A stretch of DNA of 63,082 nucleotides, filler included, from Globobulimina sp. (lineage: Eukaryota), in the NCBI GenBank assembly GCA_003354225.1. It is 23 parts of 23 records of this genome, joined end to end, with 100 filler letters (N's around TTAATTAATTAA, not from the genome) between each part and the next. Parts side by side here need not be neighbours in the genome. Positions count along the whole stretch, not along the records: positions 19,241 to 21,888 come from PIVH01005538.1; positions 21,989 to 24,636 come from PIVH01005539.1; positions 24,737 to 27,384 come from PIVH01005540.1; positions 27,485 to 30,131 come from PIVH01005541.1; positions 30,232 to 32,878 come from PIVH01005542.1; positions 32,979 to 35,625 come from PIVH01005543.1; 17 more parts are not named here. One strand, written 5' to 3'. The notes below the pieces were generated by a model, which worked only from the letters and a program-made list of their open reading frames with translations, did not search any database and was not told where the DNA came from. The translations under genes were made by a program, and so were the position numbers. Of this stretch, positions 19,967 to 33,068 are shown piece after piece. Each line of letters begins with the position of its first letter. Within the stretch, counting starts at the first letter, position 1.

Positions 19967-21124
19967 CTACAAACGAGGATTATACAAAGATGTAGTACGA
20001 ATACAATTCGATACGGTAGAATATGCAGTGTTTCTCGTTTGTGCATCATTCGAATCATCATCATCCCCTTCTTCATCTGTAGAAAACATCATGTTGTCAT
20101 TGTTGTGAATATGTTTATTTATAATTATATTATTTCTTGATTCAATATCAATTATTTCGAACTCAGTTAACAATTCATTGATATTTGAATGACTCACCAC
20201 AATTAAATCTGTTCTCAAATTGTTCAACTCAGTTTTGATGCTCTTCAACATCCCAACCAGACAATACATTGAAATGTATTTATATTTGCTTTCAGGTAAT
20301 GATATATTTGTATTTTGATGCAAATCGTTTATAATTAATGGTTGCTGGCCCTTGTTATACAACCAATTTACAAATAATTCAGAATTTAAACACAATCGAT
20401 TTGATAAATTTTGCATAGAATATAATTCAGGGACAGAATGAAATAATTTCTGTAACAACGAACGAATAAATATCAACGTTTCTTTTTCCGATCGACTAAA
20501 TTCTAAATAATTTGGATTTTGCGATGAATCATTTTCTGGATTTGTATCCATATAAACATTATGTTTTGCAGTCGATTTGTGTGTTTTTGAAGTTGACGAT
20601 GTTTTGCATTTTGTTGTTTTTACATGTTTTCTTAATTCCGAGTTGTATTGAAATTTCTCATTACAGCATCTACATTGATATGGAAATCCGTTATGTGCAT
20701 CACGAACATGAGCATGTAAGAATCTTTTTATTTTGAATGCTTTGTTGCATTCATTACATTGGAATGGTTTCATATGGCTATGTATCTGAATGAGGTGGTC
20801 TTTTAATCTTGATTTCGTCACACAATCTTTGTTGCAAATATTACATTTTGATGACTTGTTTGTAGATAGTTTTTGCATACTTTCTTGTTGTAAATATTTC
20901 TCACATTTTAGCAGATATTCAGCCTCCAATGCATTGATTGTTAATGAATACCCAGTGCATAACGCGCGTATTTTATTGTGTATGGATGCATTTGCATTGT
21001 TTGAATTTGAGTGTACCATTTGACTCATTGACGATGTTACATCTGATTGAAATTGTTGACATTTTGCATTCAAAATATTTGATTTCTCTTTTAATAATTG
21101 CAATAACGAGCCATTTGCATCCAT
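19967..21124 (-). CDS. C2H2 zinc-finger protein
   Basis: CNICNK..LKDHLIQIH, KPFQCNECNKAF..HAHVRDAH, PYQCRCCNEKF..LRKH. Confidence 0.88.
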   Translation of the reverse strand: MDANGSLLQLLKEKSNILNAKCQQFQSDVTSSMSQMVHSNSNNANASIHNKIRALCTGYSLTINALEAEYLLKCEKYLQQESMQKLSTNKSSKCNICNKDCVTKSRLKDHLIQIHSHMKPFQCNECNKAFKIKRFLHAHVRDAHNGFPYQCRCCNEKFQYNSELRKHVKTTKCKTSSTSKTHKSTAKHNVYMDTNPENDSSQNPNYLEFSRSEKETLIFIRSLLQKLFHSVPELYSMQNLSNRLCLNSELFVNWLYNKGQQPLIINDLHQNTNISLPESKYKYISMYCLVGMLKSIKTELNNLRTDLIVVSHSNINELLTEFEIIDIESRNNIIINKHIHNNDNMMFSTDEEGDDDDSNDAQTRNTAYSTVSNCIRTTSLYNPRL

Positions 21125-21170
21125 GATTCTTTTTTCCTCGGTTTTTTATATAAACCCACTCTTAGAAACA

Positions 21171-21888
21171 ATGTTGAGATTTGTTAGCAGCAGCTTTGGT
21201 CATCTAATCAATTTGAAACGTTGCGCGCACACTGATATGGGGAAATACTTCCCGTCGACTATACAGCCGGTACTATTCTACAGTTGGCTTTCCAGCATAC
21301 TCAAAGGTGCCATACGAACGGGTATATTCGAAGCTATCCCAGAGGAAGAAACACAGTCAAAATCAATTGATGCAATTGTTGAAGAATGCAAATTAGACAA
21401 AGATATGACTTATTCTGCGTTAAGATTCATGTCAAGTATGGGTTTTACAAAAGAAATAGAAAAGGTGTGTTTACTCATACTGAACAATCAAAAGATTTAC
21501 GCCAAGATGGCAAAGCTTATCACACATTCATGTTGAATTTATTTGTCGATAAAGGTGTCGCAAAAATACATCTCAATATGGAGGATGCGTTGCGATTTGG
21601 TGGTGATTCATTTTACAGAGTGAATGGGCAAAAATTCTTTGAATATTTGAATGAAAATGAAGAAATAAGGAGCAATTTGTTTGGTGCAATGAAAGAACTG
21701 AGCTCAAATGCAGACGAACCTGAATTAATAAATGAAACACATTTCGATTTATCAGATTATAACTTGATGGTTGATATTGGAGGCGGTCGCGGTGATATTG
21801 TATTCGATGCGATTTCAAAACATAAACAGTTAAAAGGCATAGTTTTTGAACAAGAGACAGTAATTAATGATGCAAAACAATATTGGAC
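21171..21888 (+). CDS. O-methyltransferase (ASMT/Methyltransf_2 type) with a 1-nt frameshift near 21460-21463; 3' truncated
   Basis: Dimerisation-like N-terminus continues as GVFTHTEQSKDLR in another frame. SAM-binding motif MVDIGGGRG..GIVFE. Confidence 0.85.
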
Positions 21889-21993
21889 NNNNNNNNNNNN
21901 NNNNNNNNNNNNNNNNNNNNNNNNNNNNNNNNTTAATTAATTAANNNNNNNNNNNNNNNNNNNNNNNNNNNNNNNNNNNNNNNNNNNNACACA

Positions 21994-24636
21994 ATGAATT
22001 ATAATATAACTAACCGAAATATGATTGATTCGAATACTGCATATCACGAAGACACCTCATCCGATGAGATAGACGATTTGGATGCACGTATAGCTCGATA
22101 TGCCAATCTTAAAGGAAAACCAATTGGTGACTTCACAGATGACTCCGGTTCTGGTTCTGATTCAGATGATGACTCTAAAGAGGAGGATCAAGATGAAGAT
22201 GAAAGTGAATCCTCCAATGAATCTGAAGAAGAAGAAGAGGAAGAAATAGAATCACAAACCGAATCATTCAACGTATCCGTACGCGTTCGACCATTATTCT
22301 CGAAAGAAAAAATGTTAAAATATAAGAGTATAATCAGCGTAAAAGATGACAAATATGTCGTACTCAAAAACCCGGAAGTTTCCAATAAAAATGATTACCT
22401 CTCGTATGTACTAAAAATTATATAATATATCTCCGATATCCTGGCACTGTTTTGATGAATAACAGCATGAAACGAGACCGTCAGAAAAGGTTCCAATTTG
22501 ATAACGTTTTTGACAGTAAAATTCCAACAGAGGCTGTGTACAAAAAAACTGTGCGCAGACTGATTAAATCCATATTGGAGGGCTACAATGGCACAGTATT
22601 TGCGTACGGCGCCACCGGATCGGGCAAAACCTACACAATGCTCGGCAGTGATAACGAGCCCGGTGTCATGATCCATACTTTAAGGGACTTATTCAAATTA
22701 AAAGAGAAACAATCGGACAAATATACATTCAGAATCGTGATATCATTCTTAGAAATTTATAACGAAAACATAGCTGATTTATTAGTCAAAAAAATCGGTA
22801 AAAAAGGAAAGCGAAAATATTTAGACCTACGAGAAACGCCACAAAAAGGGGTAATTATCGCGGGCATTACGTTCAAACCGGCGGACAATGTGAGTGAAGT
22901 GATGCGATTATTAAATATGGGCAATAAAAGGCGTACCACTGAGTCCACGGCGGCCAATGCAGTCTCGTCGCGCTCTCACGCCGTGCTGCAGATTTATGTG
23001 GAGAGGAAGTCCAAAGATTTGCTCAATGACAGGGATATCCGCTGCGGCAAACTAAATCTCATTGATTTGGCCGGCAGCGAGAAAGGCAGCGTAGTTAAAA
23101 GTGGCAATAGGTCGGGAATGCGAGAAGGGGCAAATATCAATAAGTCGTTGTTAGCCTTATCAAAATGTATAAATTCATTGGTGGATAAAAAAAAAGTTAA
23201 TATGTTTTCTGTTTTCTATACGAAAAAACGTTTATATTTTCGGATTTGTGTATATATGAAAACAGTTTATTCCGTATAGAGATAGTAAATTAACCCGTTT
23301 ATTGCAAGATGCATTGGGCGGGAATTGCAAAACTGTGATGATTTGTAATATTTCGCCGAGTTCCAATACCTGGGATGATACACATAATACGTTAAAATAC
23401 GCGGACAGAGCCAAGAATATTCGCATCAAAAAAGCAGAGATAAACAAAATGAAAAATGATAATAAAAACGACCTAAATGAGGTAATAAATCACTTAAAAG
23501 TGGAAGTCAATAACTTAAGATTGAATTTACTCAAAACCCAAAAAGAAAAGAAAGTGTTAAAAAGGAAATCAAAGTTAATCATTAAAGAGAGTCAATTGCA
23601 ACAACAACAACAACAACAACAGCAACATGCAAATAAAAGTTCATTGGGTTTACTAAGTGAGAAAGATTTGCAATTATTGACTATGGCGAGGGATAAATTG
23701 AAAAATAAGATGATAAATTTAGACAATTTACATCTGAAATTGAATAATTTGAACGATGAACAGACCCATTTATTGTCGCAAGAACTTGCCATGAAACAAA
23801 TGTTGGCTTACAATCATGGGAATAATTATGAATTACAAGAGAAATATAACAGTATAATGAACAAAATAAGCAATATAAAGTTGCAGAAACTGGAAATTGA
23901 GCAAGAGATTGAATTTATTGTAAATAACACCAACTCTGCGGTCAACACCTTAGTAAAACAGCACTCAGACTCCAAACATTTGCATAGTATGATTGAGAAA
24001 GAAAATGAATTATTTTTAGCCCAAGTCAACAAGAAAACGACTGACTTAAATATGAGTTTCATACAAAATAAATATCAAAATCAAGAGACCCAAATCAAGA
24101 AAATCACCGAAGAAAACCAAAAGAAACACGATATTTTGGTGCAGCAAAACGAAGAATTCGAGCGAATCCGAAGTCAATTAAAGGAGTTAAAACAATCACA
24201 GATCGAAACTCAGCAACACGAACAAAATGAGCTGCAAAAACAATTAACGTTTTTTAAGCAGAAATACCAAGAAGAAGCCAAGGAAAATGAGTTAAAGTTA
24301 CAAGCGGAATTAGATGAATTGAAGCAGTTAAAAGAAGAGCAAATGGCGCTCATCGAAGAGAACAATAAACCGAAACGAAAAGCAAATATCAAGCCAGCGG
24401 ATCTTCCGTATACACGGTGGGATAAATCGGATGTATATTATTGGCTATGTGACGAACTGTGCATTGATGAGTCCTTTGCGATGCTTGTGTACCAAGAGGG
24501 CTTTGATGGCGATGGCATCGGCGGCATAAAAGAAGACGATTTGAAGGAGATTGGTATCACTGCCATGGGAGTGAGGAAAAAAATTGTCAAAAATATTGAC
24601 TTATTGCAGCAGAAATTAAATCAGGCAAATATGTCC
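21994..24636 (+). CDS. Kinesin-8-like motor (KIF18/19-like) with coiled coil and C-terminal SAM domain (introns 22404-22465 and 23196-23265)
   Basis: [81 protein letters not shown]. Confidence 0.9.
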
Positions 24637-24736
24637 NNNNNNNNNNNNNNNNNNNNNNNNNNNNNNNNNNNNNNNNNNNNTTAATTAATTAANNNNNNNN
24701 NNNNNNNNNNNNNNNNNNNNNNNNNNNNNNNNNNNN

Positions 24737-25439
24737 AAATGATAACATTTATATTAAGAAATGTGGAGTGTATACATTTAAAATGAAATATTTCAATAAA
24801 AAAGTATGGTCAACATATTCAAGTATTAAATCAATTAAAATTAATGGTATTATTCCAAATATTAATTCCAAGATATTGCATTTAAATGAAGCACAAACAT
24901 TGGTTCAATGGATGAATGAGAATTTATTAAGAAATCATGCAAAAAATAAAAGGATAAAATATGTGCTTCTTTATCGTATGAGTCGAGATGGAAAAGATTC
25001 GAAATATTTTCATCAAAAATGCGATAATAATGGAGCAACAATAACAATATTACATTCTAAAGATTATAATCATGTTTTTGGTGGATATGCTACAGTTCCA
25101 TGGACATCACCATTCAATGCCGAGTGGAAAAATGATCGAAGCAGTTTTATTTTTTTATTGAGATCACAATTCGGACATAATCCAACTATGTATGCTACAC
25201 AACAATACCCGGAGTATGGAGTATATCATCATGAAGGATCTGGCCCTGCATTTGGATATGGAGCGGCACTGCGTGTGAGCATTAACAATAAAAGGGATGG
25301 TTATTGTACTGCTGAACAGATGTATGATTTCAAAGGGAATTCCTTGTGTGGAGGTCAACGCTATGACGCCATGACAGCGCGTTTTTCTTTTTATTTAATG
25401 GAGTATGAAGTGTTCCAAGTGATTGTAGAAGATGTATGA
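24737..25439 (+). CDS. TLDc domain protein, 3' part
   Basis: LLYRMSRDG..FHQKCDN.GATITI, VFGGY, SFIFLL, GPAFG, EYEVFQV. Confidence 0.9.
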
Positions 25440-25763
25440 TCCAAAATATTTTTTGATAGGTTTTAGGTTTAATTTCAGGTTTTTTAGCTTCGAGGTTTCA
25501 ATGTTCCAGCAAAACAAGTTTATTCAATGTTCCAATGTTTGTAGGTATGACAAAATCCTATTATGTTTCTTTCATTACTGCTGATCTGTACTGAAAATAT
25601 TGGTCAAACCTACAAAAACATGAAACCTAAAACATCTGCGATAAATGCAGTTCTTTCAATTATATAGTTTGGTTGGATAATTTATGGAAACATACATATT
25701 ATATATTTTAAATATTATAAAACAAACCACACAAATCACATAATTTGACGGATCCGATCTTGA

Positions 25764-27384
25764 TTAAAATCCTTGTAACCACGAAGCATTTGGCCTCTTT
25801 GGTTTTCCATGTTTTCTTTGATGTAAATCCGGATTCTGATCAAAATATTTCATGTCATAATCATTTTTTAGTTTTGGTCTGTATGGCGATAATAATTGAC
25901 CTCGACCCAATTTATTCCAATCAAAATCGCAGAACCATTTATGATTTTTTATTCGTAAATCAACATCGATCACAGAATATCCATATCTTCGATCTGGCCT
26001 TTTCTTTAATAAACCTTTCAAAAGATCAACAATATGCGGTGCATTGGCAAGACGTTTTAGTTTATAATTTGGCTGTTCATTAATAATTGCATTCGTTGTA
26101 TTGCTTAAATTTTTGCGTTCAAACGGCGCAAATCCAGTCACCATTTCATATAAAAATATGCCCGAAGTCCACCAATCCACCGGAAACGAATGGCCTTTAC
26201 CAATAATCACTTCTGGAGCTAAGTAAACTGGCGTACCGCAGACAGTGTATGTTTTTTGCAACGGATTTAATCGTTTTCCAAATCCGAAATCACATAATTT
26301 CAAATAACCACGAAAATCAAATACTAAATTCTCGGGTTTCAGGTCTCGATATACGATACCACGTAAATGTAAATATTCGAATGCTAAAACAACACAACCC
26401 ATAAAAAATCTGGCTTTTTCTTGGCTTAATCTTCTTCGACTTGCCATGTAAGTAAACATATCACCGCCCAAACCTAAGTCTAATACCATATAAACATTTA
26501 ATTCATCCTGAAACGTGCAAAATAATTTGATTATAAACATACAGTTAAGTGAAGAAAGAATTTTCCTCTCATTTGATACATGCATTTGTTGCTGCGTCTC
26601 TTCAATGCCTCTCTTACTCATTCTTTTCAAAGCAAATGTTTGTTTGTTGAATCTATCCATAACCAACGATACCGTGGCAAATGAACCTTCTCCGATTCCA
26701 CGAATTATTTTATAATCGCTTAATGATCGTTGCATTCTGCGATTATTTTGCTGATTATTCTGACTATTCATGGAATATGTTTCTCGTTTGCTATGTTTTG
26801 ATAACTGAGTTACTATCTTTTCATAGTTTTTCAAGATAATAAATTTGGACAGTGATAACACATAAAATTCACAATCTGTGACTGCTTTAAATGTACAAGT
26901 TCTTGGCTCATTTGTAAGTAATGCTCGTTCTCCAAAATATTCTTTTGATGCATACTGTTTCACGACCAGTTGTCTGCCATTTATGTTTTTATAGGCGACG
27001 ACTTTTCCTTTTTTGACCATATACAATTTTGAGTCAGCAGTGCATTCATCACCTTCTGCAATTATTATCTCTTTTTGTTTACACGTAATCACATTAATAC
27101 ATTCTGCAATGTTACACCTTTCTGAATCACACAATATTTTTAAAACTGGCACGCAATTTAAAAATTCAATTATTGCTTGCCTTTCGTTGCTTAATTCTTT
27201 TTCAGCTTCTCTTCGCAATGTAATTTTGAAATCGTTTCTGTCAATACACCATAATTTGCAATCTGTCATAGTTTTGCATGTGGCAGCACGCGGACTGTCA
27301 AACATTAGCGCCAGTTCACCCACACAGTCCCCTCTTGTCATGGTGGCAACCGGCTGAGGATTGTTATCAACAAAGACGTGAATA
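25764..27384 (-). CDS. PKG: cGMP-dependent protein kinase-like (cNMP-binding domains + AGC kinase), 5' truncated
   Basis: GELAL..PRAAT and FGERALL..EPRT cNMP domains. Kinase motifs GEGSFA, YRDLKPEN, DFG, TVCGTPVYLAPE. Confidence 0.9.
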
Positions 27385-28458
27385 NNNNNNNNNNNNNNNN
27401 NNNNNNNNNNNNNNNNNNNNNNNNNNNNTTAATTAATTAANNNNNNNNNNNNNNNNNNNNNNNNNNNNNNNNNNNNNNNNNNNNACAAAAAGAAATTTTA
27501 AAACTTAAATAAAACTGAAGTAAGACTAGAAAACAGAATATAAATAATCAGATATTATGTCACCAATCAAAACCCTTGTTCAACAAATAGAACATAGTGT
27601 TTGCTTGGGCAAATTCATATTTTTCCATATTTGCAAATTGTTTAAATCAATTTATTGATAAAGATGATGTGATAAATATTATAAATAAACATATTCCATT
27701 AAAGGATATTACATATGCTCCGATTAATGTATTACATGATGATGATTATGGATTTAATCCACAAAACTGCACATCATATATTGATTAAAAATAAAGAACT
27801 TGTAGCTGTTCATTTGTAGACATGCCAACTTGAAGACTGTGAATAACAAATCTGACGGTGTGCATGTTGGGACAACTACTTACTATAAATTTTAAATTAT
27901 TATTTGCGTGTATTTGTATCAATCAGATAGGGTCTAAAAGGAAAGACTTCAATCTTGTTTTATTATTAGAAATTGCAGAATTTTAATTTTTTTCAAAAGT
28001 TTCGATCTTGTTTGTTTTGAGATTAAAATACAATATTTAGCTGACTTGTGCGAGAACAAAAGGTTTGAAGCAGTTTCAAACAGTTTTATTATGCAAAATA
28101 TTTCCTGAAGTCAACGCTGGCATGGTCTTTGGTCTCTGTTTGGTTTCATCTTACAATATATTGTATACATCAAGCGATCATTGTGAATTGAAAACTAATA
28201 ATAAGAGATTAATCAACAAGGATAGATTTACGGCTAAGGTTACGGAATGGATTGAATCCGAATTACTATCTGTTTCAGAGTTTTTCGCTTCTTTTATTTC
28301 CGGCGCGGCTGTGTCAAATGCATTCTTTGTTAATGAAACCTTTTCGGAATGTGCAGTAGCACTGTCACCGGTACCTGTTAAAGCGGACATGATGAGTTGG
28401 TATGGTTGGGTTGAATTTGAAGCAGGTTTTTTTTTTCGCAAAAGTTGGCAGTATAATA

Positions 28459-30131
28459 ATGAAAACAACCAGCAAACTGATTCGATCTATAATAATATTA
28501 GCAATTGTCGTTATTTTATACGCACTGTTTCAACTCACTCAACATGGTTATGATGTTCCTCTACAAAATGAACATCTAATTGTTGATATACATCACGGTA
28601 TTTATCCCTGTCATTTCGCCATTCCCTGCCATCTGCCATCCATTATTCTTATATATAATAATAGGTCCTTCGCTGTTTGATCCCCACCAAAGATTTATTC
28701 CATCAGAGTTTGTGCACAATAATAAAACTGACGATAAAAAAAGAAATACCAGTCGACAAATATGGATGACACGACTGCAATCTTCCAAATATACCAATTA
28801 CAGGATTCACGTATCAACTAATTATATAACAGAGTACTGGAATGAATCGCTATTAGCATCCGTCGGGATAACAACATCAAAAATGAAAGATATTTGTCGC
28901 AACACATATTTTAATACAATAGAAACAACTGTTAACATTTTGAAAGATGAAGGAACAGTATTTATTATAACTGGGGATATAAAAGATATGTGGTATGAAA
29001 CTATGAATATATATATTCATTGAACCGTTTTTATTTATATGTTGTAACAGGATCCGTGATTCAACGGAACAGATAATGCAATATGAACCTTTATTGAGTT
29101 CGTATCGGATATCTTCCGCTGTAAGTTTTAAAATAAAGTATTTATTTTGCGGTTTAATATTAAAACAAGCGCAATATATCATACATGATCCATATGCTAA
29201 TTCATATCGATTGCGACCCTCTTGTTACAATCATCGACATCAAAAATTAACAAATAAACTGTATGGATTTGTGGCAACCAGAGATTTTGAATTGGATAAT
29301 GGAGCATATTTTGTTAAATTATTATATATTGCTTTTAAATATGAAATGTATGATATTCTAAAAGAAAATATTGTAATTAAATGTGTCAAACTTTTATTTG
29401 CTTTATGGAAAAAAGAACAAAATCATAATCTCAAATCACAATATAAACCGCATATTATTGATATGCAGAAAGCAGGTAAGTCGGCACAGAAACATGTTAG
29501 CAAAATATATAGGAACAGGAAACGATATAATATGTTCCTTTTAATATTTAGCAAACATATTTTTCTCTGATTTTTAAGGTGCGGAAGAACAGCTAGCTAT
29601 CAGTAATTACACTGGAATGATATACACAGCGCGTCGCCCCTCTGATGATAGGGTAAAATACGGATATCATATACCTGATAATCTATTCATTCATCATATA
29701 TTAAAATATTTGATTGAAATAAATAATATAGTTTGGGAAAAGGTTATATTTGTATTTGATAATAAAGACGCAGTCAACTTACGGACTGAAATATGGCAAT
29801 CTGTGCATAAATACGGTGTATATAATGATAGTGATTTTGGTTTAATTTATTGTTATGAAACAGACGGATTTGGTAATTGCAATATGATGGATGATGCAAA
29901 TGTTCCCAGTTTATTGGCAATTCCATATTTTGCACAGCATGAATATGACAAAAATATATTTGAAAACACAATAAGATTTATTTTAAGTGTCAAGAATAAA
30001 TATTATTTTACGGGTAAATATGCAAAAGGAATGGGATCGAGACATACACGAAACAATTATGTGTGGCCAATTGGATTGACCTCGCAAATGGCTCTATTGA
30101 ATGAAGATAAATATGAAATATTGCGCATGAT
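28459..30131 (+). CDS. Glycoside hydrolase family 125 (exo-alpha-1,6-mannosidase-like) with N-terminal TM anchor; introns 28598-28664, 28993-29050, ~29476-29578; 3' truncated
   Basis: ITGDI.DMW|IRDS, FELD, TGMI..RRPSDD, YETDGFGN..MDDANVPSLLAIPY, GSRHT..YVWPI. Confidence 0.88.
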
Positions 30132-30368
30132 NNNNNNNNNNNNNNNNNNNNNNNNNNNNNNNNNNNNNNNNNNNNTTAATTAATTAANNNNNNNNNNNNN
30201 NNNNNNNNNNNNNNNNNNNNNNNNNNNNNNNCAAAAATAGATATTTAATTTCATAATTCCGCAAAATTAGGCTCTAAAAATGTACTTTACTTCGGCAAGT
30301 CTCGACGTCAGCAAATAGCTAAAGACAATTACCCACATCTAACAACACACAAGTTAAAGACATAAAAA

Positions 30369-31030
30369 ATGTCTGACGTCTTCAAACAATTCACTGAGTA
30401 CACTCCTGAAAAACACGAGTTACAATTTCTCGAGATTGCTTTCTTCGCGTCAATCCCATGGGCAACATTAATTTCGTTGCTGTTCAGCTCACATTTCAGA
30501 AGACGCACTCTTCGTGGACACTGGAAAATATTTTTCTTCGATTTTGCTTACGGTATTCTTCACATGATGGGACATTCCAAGTATTCAGTTAACTCAACGC
30601 AAACAACACTTTTGTATTTTTTCCTGGGTCTATATTTATTACAAATCAGAGGTGCAATGGGAGCACCAAATGGTTGGGGGGGGGACTGTTTGATTTAGTT
30701 TGTTTATTTACGTGGCCAATTAAAGGATCAGCATGGACGTTCAACCTTCAATTTGTCAAAACATTTTATGCTGCTTGGCAAGTATTTCATCAAGTGACAA
30801 TACAACAACGAAAGTCTGACATTTTGTCTGGTTTTGCAGTGCTGGTGGTAATATCACTGCTCTTTGGAGTCGAAGTTGTATTTTTTGGAAAGAAAAGCGA
30901 AGTAAGTGCTTATGAACCGTTCAGATATGCTGCGGATGGTGGTTATGAACCAGGTGATATGATTCATGCTTTACAAACTGTGATGCTTGAGGGATTGAAG
31001 GTGCATTTTTATTTGCGAATCCTTAATTAA
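30369..31030 (+). CDS. Multipass membrane protein of unknown function, frameshifted at G9 run 30676-30684
   Basis: Two adjacent hydrophobic ORFs overlap exactly at a G homopolymer. Confidence 0.55.
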
Positions 31031-31349
31031 CCAGTATGATTGCAGTCTCAATAAGTGATTGTTTATTATGGTCATACATGCGTGATTCATATCGCTGTTC
31101 TCTTTTATAATTGTTCAGATTGCTGTTGATACAATTGATGACTTATGATTGGTTTAAATTATACAGTTCCCATTCGCAAATAAACGACACTGCAATTTCA
31201 CTTTTCATGAATGCTACTCTTGTTTGCGTAGTGGTCATTAATTTGTGTTGTAAATTGCGGTCTTGATATTAATAAATATTAACAAACGAAGACAACCAAA
31301 ACTGTTTAATTTATTTTAATTTAATTTAGTTTTTACAGCTTATTTTGTT

Positions 31350-32760
31350 GGGTCATTTTTATAATCTGGATATTTCATATTTCTTATTTGGATTCCGCTA
31401 ATTATAATTTTACATCTGGATATTTTAAAACACAAACATTTAATATGAATTTCTTGGCTCATTTATTGCGGATCTGCAATGTGGTGCTTTTGGTATGTTT
31501 TGCGGAACCAGCTTGTAGGTGCAGTCACTCAAATTGGCAGTGGTTTGGCGGCGCAGTTTTCAAACAGCAGATCCGCATAGTGGAGCAAGTATACACTTGT
31601 TCCGCAACACTTCAAAGACGAACAAATATAAAATAAATAATTAAATAAAATCTGTTTTAATGGTGCAAGGAAAAAATACACACAAACGAAAAAATACACA
31701 CAAATCAAACAAGTAAAATGCTATGCCACTCTCTAATAATGCTTTCCCACTTTACACTTTCTCTCATAATGTCATAATATGCGGCATCGATTGATCGGCG
31801 CCATGCCACCTCATAAAATCATAAAATACCGCATCGATCGATGCGTTCCCACTCTATTTCTCTCGTATAATATCATAATATGTGGCATCAAGGTCAGATG
31901 CCATGGCACTTTTTCTCCCTCAATAAATTCCATATAATACGGCGCCGTGTTTGGTGCTGTGGCACCTCACTAAATTCCATGAATAAGGCAATAAAATTGG
32001 ATTGAGATTGCATTTGTAATTCACAATCATCCAATGACTGACTTTGTGGTTCGCCTTCAGTTTCAGGGCACTATTTTTGCGGAACATAGTTGCGGAGTTT
32101 TTGCTATGTTTTATGGAACAATCATTGCGGAAAAGTCAAAGTGCAAAGTCGTGATGTTGCGGAACAGTTTTTACAAGTGCGGAAACACAATGCGGATAAT
32201 ATAACAGCTCCGCAAAATGTTTTTTCAAGTTGGTCAGGCCGTTTCTTTTACTGTTCCTTGTCATTTTGCCGTTGGTGACCCACACGTGGTGACCCAGTTG
32301 CTTTTGCGTTGGTGATGATAACACTGTGTTGGACCGTGGTGGTTCAACTGTACCAAATAGCGGAACCGATGTTGGCTACATGCTCGACATTGGGCATTTA
32401 ATGTCGGGCATTTAATTTTACCATACAGACAGTTTTGCGGAAAAGTTTTTAGACTGCCGCAAATCTGTTTCACAACTACAAAAGCTCCACACTTATGTTC
32501 CGCAAAAAATGTGCCTAGTTTCAGACGAAAGAGAGCATGACAGCATGCTGGACATTACAGAGGTAAAGTTTTTAATGTCGGGCATTTAATGTTAAACATG
32601 AAAACGCTTGGAGGCGCAGTTCGAAAACCTCCACAAAGCTGTTCCACAACACCAAAAGCTCAACATTGCAGATCCGCAATAAATGACCCAAAAAGATTAG
32701 AAAGAAGGCAATTAATTATTGCGGACTTGGAAGAAGAAAGGCCAGATAATAATAATAAAA
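31350..32760. mobile_element. Non-coding foldback element with long imperfect inverted repeats
   Basis: Perfect 24-bp inverted match between 31459-31482 and 32663-32686, within longer imperfect arms. Many TGCGGA/TCCGCA motifs and no credible ORF. Confidence 0.6.
31720..31990. repeat. Degenerate ~55-65 bp tandem repeat (about 5 units)
   Basis: Recurring CATAA(T/A)A..GGCATC / GATGCC..CCAC.CTC units, each with small palindromes such as GCATCGATCGATGC. Confidence 0.55.
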
Positions 32761-32774
32761 GAGCAAAGACTTTC

Positions 32775-32878
32775 AACCACAAACACCAACCCACACAAAA
32801 AACAACAAAGCCACCAACCACCAACCCCCAACAACCAACCCAACAAAACCCACAAACCACCACCAAACCCCCGAACAT
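32775..32878. repeat. C/A-rich low-complexity tract at contig end
   Basis: Irregular CCA/CAA/ACC run, possibly a low-quality read tail. Confidence 0.6.
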
Positions 32879-33068
32879 NNNNNNNNNNNNNNNNNNNNNN
32901 NNNNNNNNNNNNNNNNNNNNNNTTAATTAATTAANNNNNNNNNNNNNNNNNNNNNNNNNNNNNNNNNNNNNNNNNNNNAAAACTCCAAAACATGTATAAA
33001 ACATTGAATCACCAAACGGTAAAAACATATAACACATCAGACCGTTTACTATATCTAGCATTGGAATT

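Noticed and set aside
21455-21470. Possible programmed frameshifting (also 30676-30684 and 56112-56115)
   Set aside because: All three fall in homopolymer runs with no shared slippery or stimulatory signal. Sequencing error or pseudogenisation is simpler.
23598-23627. CAA trinucleotide run
   Set aside because: Ordinary polyglutamine tract within the kinesin coding sequence.
31720-31990. CRISPR-like array
   Set aside because: Units are degenerate, there is no constant repeat with unique spacers, no cas genes, and the context is eukaryotic.
32589-32878. Pro/Thr/Gln-rich ORFs and possible telomeric repeat
   Set aside because: The C/A tract is irregular with no fixed unit and sits at a contig end. 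The ORFs are by-products of low complexity.
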